Shown: positions 53,104-64,000 of the stretch, one piece after another
How the letters are laid out: the number at the start of each line of letters is the position of its first letter
Position numbering within the stretch: the first letter of the stretch is position 1
NCBI GenBank assembly: GCA_001662655.1
Contig: KV460211.1
Reading direction: 5' to 3' (one strand)
DNA from: Pseudogymnoascus verrucosus
Lineage: Eukaryota
DNA: 64,000 nucleotides
Program-made: the position numbers and the translations under genes
The notes under the pieces: generated by a model
Databases searched by the model: none
What the model was told of the DNA's origin: nothing
The model's input: only the letters and a program-made list of their open reading frames with translations

Positions 53104-54123
53104 ATGGACAAGAGGAACCCCAGCTCCTTCCAGCAGTTGGAGAAGCTAGGAGAGGGAACCTATGCCACGGTATGCGCCTCGACCCCCCACCTCCAGTCGC
53201 CACCGCGAGCGAGCTTCAGCTAACATGCGCAGGTCTTCAAAGGGCGTAACCGCCAGACTGGCGAGCTCGTCGCCCTCAAAGAGATCCACCTCGACTCGGA
53301 AGAAGGCACACCCTCCACGGCCATCCGCGAGATCTCCCTGATGAAAGAGCTGAAACACCCCAACATCCTCTCCCTCCACGATGTCATCCACACCGAGAGC
53401 AAGCTCATGCTCGTCTTCGAGTACATGGACACCGATCTGAAGCGGTACATGGACACGACCGGCGACCGCGGCGCCCTCAACCCCGTCACCATCAAGTCCT
53501 TCATGCACCAGCTGCTCAAGGGCATCGACTTCTGCCACACCAACCGCGTGCTGCACCGCGACCTGAAGCCGCAGAACCTCCTCATCAACGCCAAGGGCCA
53601 GCTCAAGCTCGGCGACTTTGGACTCGCCCGCGCCTTCGGCATCCCTGTCAACACCTTCTCCAACGAGGTCGTGACGCTGTGGTATCGCGCCCCCGACGTC
53701 CTCCTCGGCTCCCGCACCTACAACACCAGCATCGACATCTGGTCCGCCGGCTGCATCATGGCGGAGATGTACACGGGTCGTCCGCTGTTCCCCGGCACCA
53801 CCAACGAGGACCAGCTCGTGCGGATCTTCCGCATCATGGGCACGCCATCTGAGCGCTCGTGGCCGGGAATCAGCCAGTTCTCCGAGTACAAGCCTAATCT
53901 CCAGGTCTTCAATACGCAGGACCTCCGTGCTATCTTGCCGCAGATCGACCCGAGTGGCATTGACTTGCTGCAGCGCATGTTGCAGCTGCGTCCGGAGCTG
54001 AGGGTTAGCGCACATGATGCGCTGCAGCACCCGTGGTTCGCGGATCTGAATCAGCCAAGGCAGCCAGCGGGGCAGCCGGCGGGGAGGTATACGCAGGGGC
54101 AGAGCGGGTATGAGAATTACTGA
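53104..54123 (+). CDS. PHO85: Cyclin-dependent kinase Pho85/PhoA
   Basis: [15 protein letters not shown] (intron 53170-53232), [58 protein letters not shown]. Confidence 0.95.
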
Positions 54124-54700
54124 GGGATGGTGGGGGCTGGTGCTATTATGTAAACAGCGATAAAAGTATGGGAGAGGATACAACAGTGGCCGGGAAGACA
54201 AAAAAAACCAGAGATACACACCCTGAGGGGATGAAGAGAGGGACGGACTATACTCAGGATTCCGACGTAGAAGGTACTGTGTCAGAGAAGGATGGATAAA
54301 CGGCCGTGAAGAGAGACTCAATGACGATGACGATACCTCTATTTGCATCTACAGGCGTTGGTGTTGCGAGCAGGATGGGGGACTGGGGGTTCTTGGTAGA
54401 CGTCGGGAGATCGGGGTTATGGAGTGGGTGGGGGTGGGGGGTTTGAGTGACTTGCGAAATATAGGAGTTGTTCCATCTACGCTTGCTACAAGATGCCAAA
54501 ACAAATTGTGATTATGCTTGATGCGATATGAATAACGGCTCCCACACTGTACTAATCACATTTAGATTCAAAACGAAGACTGAGGATCGAGGTGTCATTA
54601 ACGACCCCATATTTTGCCTTCACCCCTATAGCGAGATCCAACCCCATCCGGAACGCCATCCACAATCCCACCCCATACCCAACCCATGCATCCCCCCCAC

Positions 54701-56581
54701 TCAGTGCTTACTCTTCTTCGCCGGCCGTTCCTCCTCCGCATCACTACCCGCCTCACTCCCACTCCCACTACTCTCATGCTCCTCATCATACTCCTCCGCA
54801 ACATCACTCTCACTATCCGTCCTAAAGTCCTCATCCGCACTCTCCTCATCCTCCTCCGCACTCCCACGATCCGCCCGCGCAGCCACCACATCCTCATCGC
54901 TGCTCGCGAGATCCTCGGCCCCCAGCGCAGCAGCAAGAATCGACGTATCCTCATCCATCTCATTCTTAACCCTCAGCCCCTTGACCTTGAAGAACTCCTC
55001 GAGCGGCTTCTGCTCTTCGCGGTTGATGTTGCTGAACTGGCTGTCGCCCGCGCCGTTCTTGAGGTGGATGGCGATGTCGAAGGTGCGGCTGGCGGAGATG
55101 GCGCCGCCGACGCGCGAGAGCGTGATCGAGCTGACCGAGTCGTAGGCGATGTAGGTGGCGGGCTTGGGGACGAACATGAAGGCCTTCTCGAGGCAGTAGA
55201 GGAAGCCCTCTGCGGCTTTGATGGAGCACTTGATGCCGTATTGTTGGTGGTGGCTGAGGAAGTCTTTGGCGGGTTGGTTGACCTTTTTGCCGGTTAGGCC
55301 GCGGAAGACTTGGGTGACGACTTGGTGGAGGGGTTGCTCGTAGTGGGGGGCGAGTTTGTTTTCATATTTCTCTTTGAGAAGCTCCTCGGTCATGTTGAGG
55401 TCGATTGTCACTTCTTCGTCCTTCTTGAATTGCATCACCAGGAAGGGGTAGCGGGTTTGGCCTTGGCGCAGGGGTGGGTCGAGACCGATGCAGATCATGA
55501 AGTGCAGTTCGTCGGGCTTGGGGAGGATCATGAACTTCTTGATAGCCTCGTATTGGATCTTGTAATCGTATGTCTTACCGCGCAGGCGGAAGGAAGATTC
55601 GTACATGTCGATATCGAAACGGCCTCTGTTGATACCACATTAGTGACCGTCTTCACCGTCTTCAACAGTAGGGATAGAACGTACCTTGGCGTCAAGTGCA
55701 GCACATCCAAGAATGTCGCATATGTGTCGCCAGCAACCTCTCCAATCTCCGCCTTCTCCATCAGGGTATCATAGAAGAGGTTCGCCGCATTCTGCTCCTC
55801 CTCATCCTCCGCATCACTCGGCGCCTCTCCGTCCTCCATCGTCTCCTTCTTAGTCGTCGTGCCAGGAATATAGAAGCGCATCTCAACCAACTGATCCTTC
55901 CCCGCGCCAGCCTTCTTCCCCTTCCCCTTCGCACCGCCCAAGCTTCCGTTTGCGCCCTCGTCGCCACCCGCCGGCAACGAGAACTCAACCGCCACCTCGT
56001 TCTTCCCCGCCAAATTCGTATTCGAGATCTCCGAGTAGGGGATCTCAAACGCGGGTCTGTTCTGCACGTTGAATGCCAGCTCCGCCTTTCCGAATTCCGC
56101 CTTGCCCCAGTTCCATCCTCGTAATGCGTGTTCCTTCGTCTCGAGGTTCGTGCTGTACCAGTTCTTGAATACTTTTGTCAGCCGGTCGAAGTCCTGCATA
56201 TAGGTTAGAGGGTACGCCAATCGTGATAACCGTGATGCTCACATCTTGTTGGAAGCCATCCATCTGTACAACGCCGGAATTGCGCTGTAGAATCTTCACT
56301 TCGAACCCTTTGGATGCTTTGCTCCACTGTGCTCCACCGATGTTTGAGCGATCAAGCGTGAAGGTGTCGCCACCGCCCGAAGGCTTCCAGCCAAAGCCAT
56401 TCTCAGCAAATCTGCATTTTCCCGAATCTTTCGAGAGGTCGAGGTAGATGTTGTCGAAGCTCTCCCTATAATAGTGCCACCGTTAGCTATGCACTTCCTG
56501 AATTCACCCTGAACTGCGCCGACAATTTCCAAATTGAGCTTGAAGCTGGCAATATGAAGCTTGTCGCAAAAAGACGTACAT
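54701..56581 (-). CDS. POB3: FACT complex subunit Pob3/SSRP1
   Basis: MESFDNIYLDLSK, LRGWNWGKAEF, HLTPRGRF, LDPPLRQGQTRYPFLV, SRTFD, acidic C-terminus; introns ~56466-56579, ~56193-56242, ~55625-55684. Confidence 0.95.
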
Positions 56582-57251
56582 GATGATAAAGTGGCGAGAT
56601 CTGTGTGAGGGAGTTGGGTGGTGGTTGAGTGGTTTGACTTGGAGCTATGTCAAGGATTATGCGGCAAGAATCTGAAGGTCGTCGGATTTCGCGTAAAGTT
56701 GACCGCTACCGCACGCGACGACGCGACGGGAGAGGTAATATAAAAAGGTAGCGCTACCTCAGCGAGAGAGCCTTGTCAGAAATACGAATTAAGTCACGAA
56801 GATGATATAATAACTGCAAATAAGATACTAATTGATGAAATGTCATTTCACATATGCCTCAATACTTTTACCGTATGTAAGTTCCAACGCCACTTACCTC
56901 CTTAACAATCAACATATTCCCATCCAGATAATGACTCTCAGGCCGTATAATAAGCTTCATCTTACACTTAAATTTAGTTGTTATTACATATTACATTCAC
57001 ATATTACATTCACATATTCACAGCAAGTTCAGATATCAAGTAAAGTAGAAACCGTCTTTCATTTATTTTGCGCTTTTATCTGCCAGCCTGTCCCGTTTAG
57101 AACACGCCAAAGAAGCAAAGCACCACGTTTATTAACCCTCGGAGACTGTCGTGAGATGCGTAACACGAAAAGTAAAGAGTCGATGTATGAAGTGACTATC
57201 GCGTAAAACCAGCCGTCAACTCCGCAAATCCTTTAGATGTTGTACACATAT

Positions 57252-59415
57252 CTAGTCGACCTCCTCCATGGCGCTCTCGACGGGGGCGTCGGTGGCACCA
57301 GCCTCGGTGGCGGCCTCACCCTCAACCTCTGGCTCCTCATCGACCTGGAGGCCGAGGGAGACAAGCTTGTGGATGCGGTCGGCGAATCCAGCTGGCTCCT
57401 CAATGGTGAAGCCGGAGACGAGAAGGGAGGTCTCGAACAGAAGCTGGGTGATGGACTTGACGGTGCGGTCGTTCTCGCCGTCAGCCTCGATCTTCTTCCT
57501 CAACTCCTTAATAATTGGGGACTTGGGGGAGATCTCGAAGGTCTTCTTGGAAGACATGTAAGAGCTCATGGAGGTGTCACGGAGAGCCTGGGCCTTCATG
57601 ATACGCTCCATGTTGGCGGACCAACCGAACTGGCCAGTGCGGATGGCGCAAGGAGCGCCAACCAGCTTGTGGCTGACAACAACCTTCTCGACCTTGTCGC
57701 CGAGGATGTTCTTCAGGGCCTTGGCGGTGCTCTCGTACTCCTTCTCCTCGGTCTCGCGCTCGGCCTTCTCCTCATCGGTCTCCTCAAGCTCGAAGTCCTT
57801 GGTAATATCAACAAGCTTCTTGCCGTCGAACTCCTTGAGCTGAGTCATGGCGTACTCGTCAATTGGGTCGACGAGGAAGAGAACCTCGAAGTTCTTGGCC
57901 TTAAGGGAGTCCAAGAAGGGGGACTTCTGGACAGCCTTCAAGCTCTCACCAGTGATGTAGTAGATGTTCTTCTGGTGCTCGCCCATGCGGGTGATGTAGT
58001 CAGCGAACGAGGTCTGGTCATCATCACCAGTCTTGGTGCTGTTGTAACGGAGGAGCTTGGCAAGGGCGCCACGGTTCTGGGCATCCTCGTGAACACCAAG
58101 CTTGATGTTCTTGCCGAAAGCAGAGTAGAACTTGTCGAACTGCTCCTTGTCCTCAGCGATCTCCTGGAACAGCTCAAGGGTCTTCTTGACGATGTTCTTC
58201 TTGATGACCTTCATGATCTTGTTCTGCTGGAGAGTCTCACGGGACAGGTTGAGGGGGAGATCCTCAGAGTCAACAACACCCTTGACGAAGCTCAACCACT
58301 CTGGGATAAGATCGGTGGCATCATCAGTGATGAAGACGCGGCGAACGTACAACTTGATGTTGTTCTTGGTCTTCTTGGTCTCGAAGAGGTCGAATGGGGC
58401 CCTCTTGGGAACGAAGAGGATGGCCTTGAACTCAAGTTGACCCTCAACGGAGAAGTGCTTAACAGCAAGGTGGTCCTCCCAGTCGTTGGAGAGGGACTTG
58501 TAGAACGCACCGTACTCCTCAGGGGTGATGTCTGATGGGTTGCGGGTCCAGATTGGCTTTTGCTTGTTGAGCTCCTCCTCCTCGATCTTGGTCTCCTTGA
58601 CCTTCTTGGTCTTCTTCTCCTTCTTCTCATCCTCCTCATCATCTACCTCCTCGATCTTTGGCTTCTTGTCATCTCCCTCCTCCTCCTTGGACTCCTCAGC
58701 CTCCTCATCTGGGACCTCGGTCTCAGTCTCCTTCTCGACGTGAAGGTAGATTGGGTAAGAAATGAACTCGGAGTGCTTCTTGACAACCTCCTTGACCTTG
58801 GCCTCGTTAAGGTAGTCGGTCTGCTCATCCTTAAGGTGGAGGATGATCTTGGTACCGCGGCCGAGTGGCTCGCCTTCGGTATCTTGGGTAAGGGTGAAAG
58901 TTCCACCAGCGGCAGACTCCCAGATGTACTGCTCATCGTCGTTGTTCTTCGAGACGACGGTAACACGGTCTGCAACGAGGTATGCAGAGTAGAAACCAAC
59001 ACCGAATTGACCAATCATGGAAACATCAGCACCGGCGGTCAGAGCCTCCATGAACTGCTTGGTTCCCGAACGGGCGATCGTACCCAGGTTGTTGACGAGA
59101 TCCTAAAAAAATTATTAGCTGGTGGCAAATACGATGTGTAAACGCAGTACTTACAGCCTTGGTCATACCAATACCGGTATCTCGGATGGTAAGGGTCTTG
59201 TTGACCTTGTCGGGGATGATATCGATTCTCAGGTCCTTGCCGCTGTCAAGCTTGCTTGGGTCTGCGAGCGACTCATATCTGATCTTGTCCAAGGCATCGG
59301 AGCCGTTAGAGATAAGCTCTCTCAAGAAGATCTCCTTGTTAGAGTAGACGGTGTTGATAATGAGGCCCAAAAGCTGGGAGATCTCAGCCTGGAACTCGAA
59401 GGTCTCGGCAACCAT
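57252..59415 (-). CDS. HSP90: Cytosolic Hsp90
   Basis: [35 protein letters not shown]-terminal MEEVD; coding intron ~59103-59154; probable 5' UTR intron ~59440-59638. Confidence 0.98.
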
Positions 59416-59825
59416 ATTTGTGGATTATTTATGATAGTTCTAGAAGCGCAGGTGTTAGAAATGATGCCCTGTATAGATGGATTCACAGTGAAGGCGAAGT
59501 GTTTGTAGAGATTGTATTTGCCCCTCTGATCAGACCATAGCCTCTCAAGATCATAATCTTTGGAGGACCATGAGGCTGAACGAGCTTCTTCCCCAAAACA
59601 AACACACCGACTTGAATGAGGTGAGTGATTAGACTTACTTGGAGGTGTAGAGTGAATGACCTTGCTAATTGAAGAGCAGGTACGTGGACAGGTTTAATGG
59701 GTATCAATGGTTTGAGAGAGAAAATGCTTGAAGTTGTGGTGGTGAGGCGGAGGACTAATTAATAGTTTGGAATTTGCCTGCCTTTCATCCACAGAACCGC
59801 CCAGAAACAGAAGCGACCAGTAGCG

Positions 59826-59850
59826 CGAAAGTCGCAGAAACCCGTAGAAA
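59826..59850. promoter_or_regulatory. Step-type heat shock element upstream of HSP90
   Basis: GAA at 59827, 59837 and 59847 (10 bp spacing, nGAAn-5bp-nGAAn-5bp-nGAAn); further GAA pair at 59794/59804. Confidence 0.6.
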
Positions 59851-60291
59851 TTTAGGCAAGGCTGCCAGCCTGGTCCCACACCGTTGCATAGCAACCAAAG
59901 AACAAAGAAACGCTTCATTCTAAATTTATCACAGTTTCACGAGCGATAATTATATGGGAATTGTTTATATTATTGAATTTAACAATATATGAAGCTGTAC
60001 CTGCCTTAAGATTCCGATTCTGTTGTCTCTGTCTTCAGTGGCGATGTTACACCATATTGAGGGGTCGTTCATTGCTGGAGGCAGTCTAGAGCTCTGGTTC
60101 GACTCATGCATGCACGCCCGGTGTAAGCTTGGCTAGTCAGGTCGAAAAGTCTCATCAATGAGGGTCACCGCTTCAAGTATTCTTCTCGTGGTGGCAACAT
60201 AAAATTACTCTGGTATTATTTCCAATATTTTAACAATAATATACATGTAGTTGTCTAGCAGACGGTGGTACAGGGGCCATTCAACCCATCA

Positions 60292-61196
60292 TCATTGCTT
60301 CTCCAGCTCTTCACTTTCCGCTGGGTCTAGCACTTGTATAACCTTCCCAACTTCCCTGTAAGCTCGATCGAGATATGACAGTCCTCTATCCTCCAAGGTC
60401 GCCGCATCCTTCGTTGGCGGCGGCTCAATGATGCTCTCCACATCTGCCAGAACCAGAACGTGGTCACCAACCTCAATCAAGCCTGCACCCTCTCCTACGT
60501 CCCTTAGCTTGCATCTCAGCACCTTCGTGACGCCTGGAGAAGATAGTAATGGCAGAGGGTATTTGCTCCCGACATTCCACACGGCAAACTGCTGCTTCGC
60601 GAATACATCCGTTGAATTCCCCTTTGTAAAACCATGTGCCACATTTGCCCCAGCTTCCGTAGCAGAAAGAACATGTATGAGAAACTGGCGAGACTGGCGT
60701 ATTGCATCTAGTGTCCGAGATGGCCTGCGTATATTGAATGAGATAATCGGCGTGGGTGTGAGCGTCACAGTCGAGAAGGAGGATACCGTCATTCCTCTGA
60801 AATTCGAGGTCGAGGAGGAGGCCGGGCCACCAGTGCTGGTTGTAGCTACCACTGCAGCATGGGGCATCTTGCGCATAATTTGTCGTAGGTGGGTGGACAG
60901 AGGGGGTTCATCGTCTGGGCGGGCGCTCTTCACATGTTGTCTTTTGCTCGAGCAGGTGAAACTACGCGCTTGAACCACGCGCTGGGAGGAAGCAATTGCT
61001 TGCGAAAAGCCACTGCATATACTGTGCGTCCTTGCTGCATGGTTATATTAGTAAATTGGGCCTTAAATTTAAATAGCTGAGCCAGAATGGCAAGAAACAT
61101 ACCAGGGCTATTAGCCACCGACCATTCATAGAACAGGGAATAGAACCCCTTCACAGTACTGGGCCTCGCACCCATCCTCGAGGTATTTGGAAACAT
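60292..61196 (-). CDS. Flavin reductase-like (FMN-binding split barrel) protein, probably mitochondrial
   Basis: LRQIMRKMPHAAVVATT, FRGMTVSSFSTVTL, PSRTLDAI, VGDHVLV; exon 1 (MFPNTSR...) splices in frame through a GTATGT...CTAAT...CAG intron ~61035-61102. Confidence 0.8.
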
Positions 61197-61436
61197 TCCG
61201 ATGGATCCGGTAGGGGCAGCAACAATCGCTGCGGCAGCAATTGTCAAATTGCTAGTGCCGAGCTGTCAAAAGGATTACCGTCGGCAAGGCTGTCATTGAA
61301 GTTTCCAAGAAACATTCCCGCGCTTCTAGCTCCTCTCGGCAACCGTAGCGACAAAATAATTATATCGACCACCACCCTCAGCCAGGAGTATAACCACCCA
61401 CGACCAAGCCAACGATTCACGGAAACTCAACACATA

Positions 61437-61892
61437 ATGGCTTCCCTCCCATCCCACGCCTTACGGCGCGCAACTCTCTCTCCCATCTCCTCAACCTGCG
61501 CCAGCAACCAAGTCCGCCACGCCTCTCTGCAGAAGCGCCCGCACCGCCCCTACACCTTCACTCAACTCATCACCCTCTCCGACGGCTCGACATACACGCA
61601 GCGCACGACGTCGCCGGCGCCGATATACAAGTCTACGAAGGATTCGCGGAACCACCCGTTATGGCAGCCCAGCATGGCGAGTCTGCGGAACGTGGAGGAG
61701 GATGAGGCTGGACGCCTGAGGGCTTTCCGTGAGCGCTTCGGACGCGGTTGGGATGTTGAGGGTGGTGAGGAGGGTGCGGAGGGCGAGGGAGAGCAGGAGG
61801 ATACGATGATGGATTTGATTAGTGGGTTTAAGGGGGTGCAGGTTACGGCGGATCAGATGAAGGGACATACTGCGAAGGGGAACAAGTACTAG
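61437..61892 (+). CDS. Mitochondrial ribosomal protein bL31m (MRPL36-like)
   Basis: Presequence ending QVRHAS; RPYTFTQLITLSDGSTY, KDSRNHPLWQPS, DEAGRLRAFRERFGRGWD. Confidence 0.85.
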   Translation: MASLPSHALRRATLSPISSTCASNQVRHASLQKRPHRPYTFTQLITLSDGSTYTQRTTSPAPIYKSTKDSRNHPLWQPSMASLRNVEEDEAGRLRAFRERFGRGWDVEGGEEGAEGEGEQEDTMMDLISGFKGVQVTADQMKGHTAKGNKY

Positions 61893-62154
61893 GGGGATAT
61901 CCATGTGCCTGGCGGTTACTTCGGGTTACCTGTGTTTCGGAACAGTGTATGATCATTGGAGGAGATAGGACTACGGTCTTGGGAAGCCATGTATAAATTC
62001 AAGGGTGGAAGACAGAAGAGGGTGGCATTTCAAGGCGTTGGGATGTGGTATTATCTTTGTACACTATACATTTTGGGGACTGCAAAATGATGAAGCTCGC
62101 AAGATTGTTTCAACCTTGTTATAGCAGAAATGGATGATAGTGCCCGCTTGCAAA

Positions 62155-64000
62155 TTATTCTTCATCCTCATGAGCCGTTCCTGATACCGAGTCATTCTGA
62201 GTCTCCCCTGAGAGCCTGTGACTTGATTGTTCCGACTCTGAGGGTAGAGGGACCACGGGCGGTTTGTAGTAAGGTTGCTCGCCATCTTCCGCATCCAACT
62301 GTACCAAGAATGTTTCCCATAGTTCGATGAGCTAGAATAGATGTTAGTAAACTGTTTCAGTCACCAGTGGGGGAGGTTAAATATACCTCTTTCTGAGCCT
62401 CGACAGCGCTCTCTAGGAATGTCTCCACACCACTCTTGAAATCCTCCACCTTCTCCCGCTCAAATCTCTCCAGCTCAGCTCTTAACAGTCGTCCCATGTC
62501 TTCGAATAGCAAACGTGCCTGGTGAACCTTTCTCTCTCCGTCGGCAACATCTGCGTTTAACTGGACCAAACGGTCTTGCTGAGTCTTGCCTTGGCGCAGA
62601 AGCTTGTCCTGTGTCGCCTTGCGCTTCTGCATTTCCATATCTGCAGATTGCCATGAATGGAATGCCTTTTGCCTTTGCTCAAATGCCGTTTTGATACTCC
62701 CAATCAAGCGAATGTATTCATCAATGGTGATGCCAAGGGTCAACACATCGTGTTGTGCCTGTCGTTCATAGAGTTCTTTGATACGGATCTGGAGGGAGGA
62801 TAATCCAGCTAATGGGCCTGACAGAGTGGGGGACAGTTCAACGGCGGAAAGGGCTTGCAGCGATCCAGAGAAATCACTTGCGGCTTCGGCCAACCCCTTC
62901 CGTTGGTCCACCACTGTGTCCATTGATTTCAGAAGAGCCTTCAGTTGGTTTTCAAGAGCATCGAGATAGACCTTTCTATCATGGAACCACTGCGCTTGTT
63001 AGCATATTGCATACCATCGGAGCCATTACTACAACTTACATCGTCTTGTTCCACGAATTTGCTTCCACTACCCACCGATAGTCCCAGTCCGGCGAACATA
63101 CCCTTGCTCTCTCCCAACACAGGCTCCTTGCGCTCCTTGTGCTTAACATCCATACTGAATGCCTCGCTCTCTAGGAATATCTTCAAGTCGCCGTCATGTT
63201 GTAGCGTCGGATGGGCCGCGGTCTTGTTGAGCATTTTCTCCAATGCCATGCGCCTTGATTCCACGAAATTGGTATCAAACCTTCCCATAGCTTGCTTCTC
63301 AGGTGGTGGAGGAACGACCACTCCGGGGTTGTTTGTATGCAGTGTATTGTACAGCCATAGGAAGTCCTTATATCTACGAGTCACCGAGAACTCCGGTTGC
63401 CTGTAGCCTATAGAAGTAGTCTATCATGATTGTCAGTTCCGTCCAATGATTAACCGCAGCCTGATCATACCTTAGTCCGAACTTGATATACAATATGAGA
63501 GCTTGTGAGGTCTCCAACTTTGTGTGGGTCGCCGACCGTGATATCGAATGTCGGCTTTGCTGCCTGTTCTATGCTCACACTTGGCTGGACATCGCGACGC
63601 GCAGAGCCAGGCTGGGCCGGTTGAACTGGCGGTGGTATCCTAGCCTTTCCGGAAGATTGCGCCTCGTCATCGTAGTTCGGATCCATGACATCTCGAACCC
63701 TCTGTGCAGTGTCGGGCTGCCTGGTGTTGAGGGTAACCGTCTGCTCCTTCATAGGCGGTGCCGGAGGCTGCTCCGAAGGAGACGTAGCCTGCACTCCATT
63801 ATCGCCCAGTGGTCCTAATGGCCCCAAGGGCCCCAATGAGTCGTCGAGGGGTTCGAGTCGAGTGGTTTGCGCGGCAACACGGCGAATGGGCCCTCTTGAT
63901 CGGCCGCCTGGCGACTTCACGTTCGAGGTTGCGGATGATTCGGATAATTGCGCAGCCGCAGTCTTAGATGGAGCATCTATAAATCCATGAGCATGTCGCG
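62155..64000 (-). CDS. VPS5: Retromer sorting nexin Vps5 (PX + BAR), 5' end outside the window
   Basis: ITVGDPHKVGDLTSSHIVYQVRTK, RRYKDFLWLY, VVVPPPPEKQAMGRF, BAR region ELERFEREKVEDFKSGVETFLESAVEAQKE|LIELWETF. Confidence 0.95.

Noticed and set aside
53146..54348. 400 aa antisense ORF over PHO85 (and similar ORFs over POB3, amylase and the TF)
   Set aside because: Shadow ORFs of GC3-rich coding sequence.
57237..58535. 432 aa antisense ORF over HSP90
   Set aside because: Expected by-product of strong codon bias in a highly expressed gene; no recognisable motifs.

Overview
Eukaryotic DNA from a filamentous ascomycete: short GT-AG introns with CTAAC-type branch sites and an AT/TpA-rich, RIP-like left end. 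A Leotiomycete such as Pseudogymnoascus is a guess from gene style only. Left to right: a decayed transposon edge; a large secreted SGNH esterase + FG-GAP repeat gene; a COL-26/BglR/Pf2-type Zn2Cys6 regulator with a ~13 kb gene-free upstream region holding a 3.2 kb degenerate repeat array; two broken kinase-like genes behind a repeat/spacer-like minisatellite; a Cys-rich surface protein; an RpiB-type isomerase and a doubly frameshifted SDR. Then a compact starch-degradation block (GH13 alpha-amylase, AA13 LPMO, AA8/AA3 CDH-type flavocytochrome, GH15 glucoamylase) with AmyR-type CGG-N8-CGG sites and an interrupted tRNA-like element inside it. The right end is housekeeping: septin-like GTPase, PHO85, POB3, HSP90, flavin reductase-like, mitochondrial bL31, VPS5. 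The best candidate for an undescribed system is the hydrolytic + oxidative starch cluster with its own putative LPMO electron donor. All calls are from manual reading; no database searches were run.
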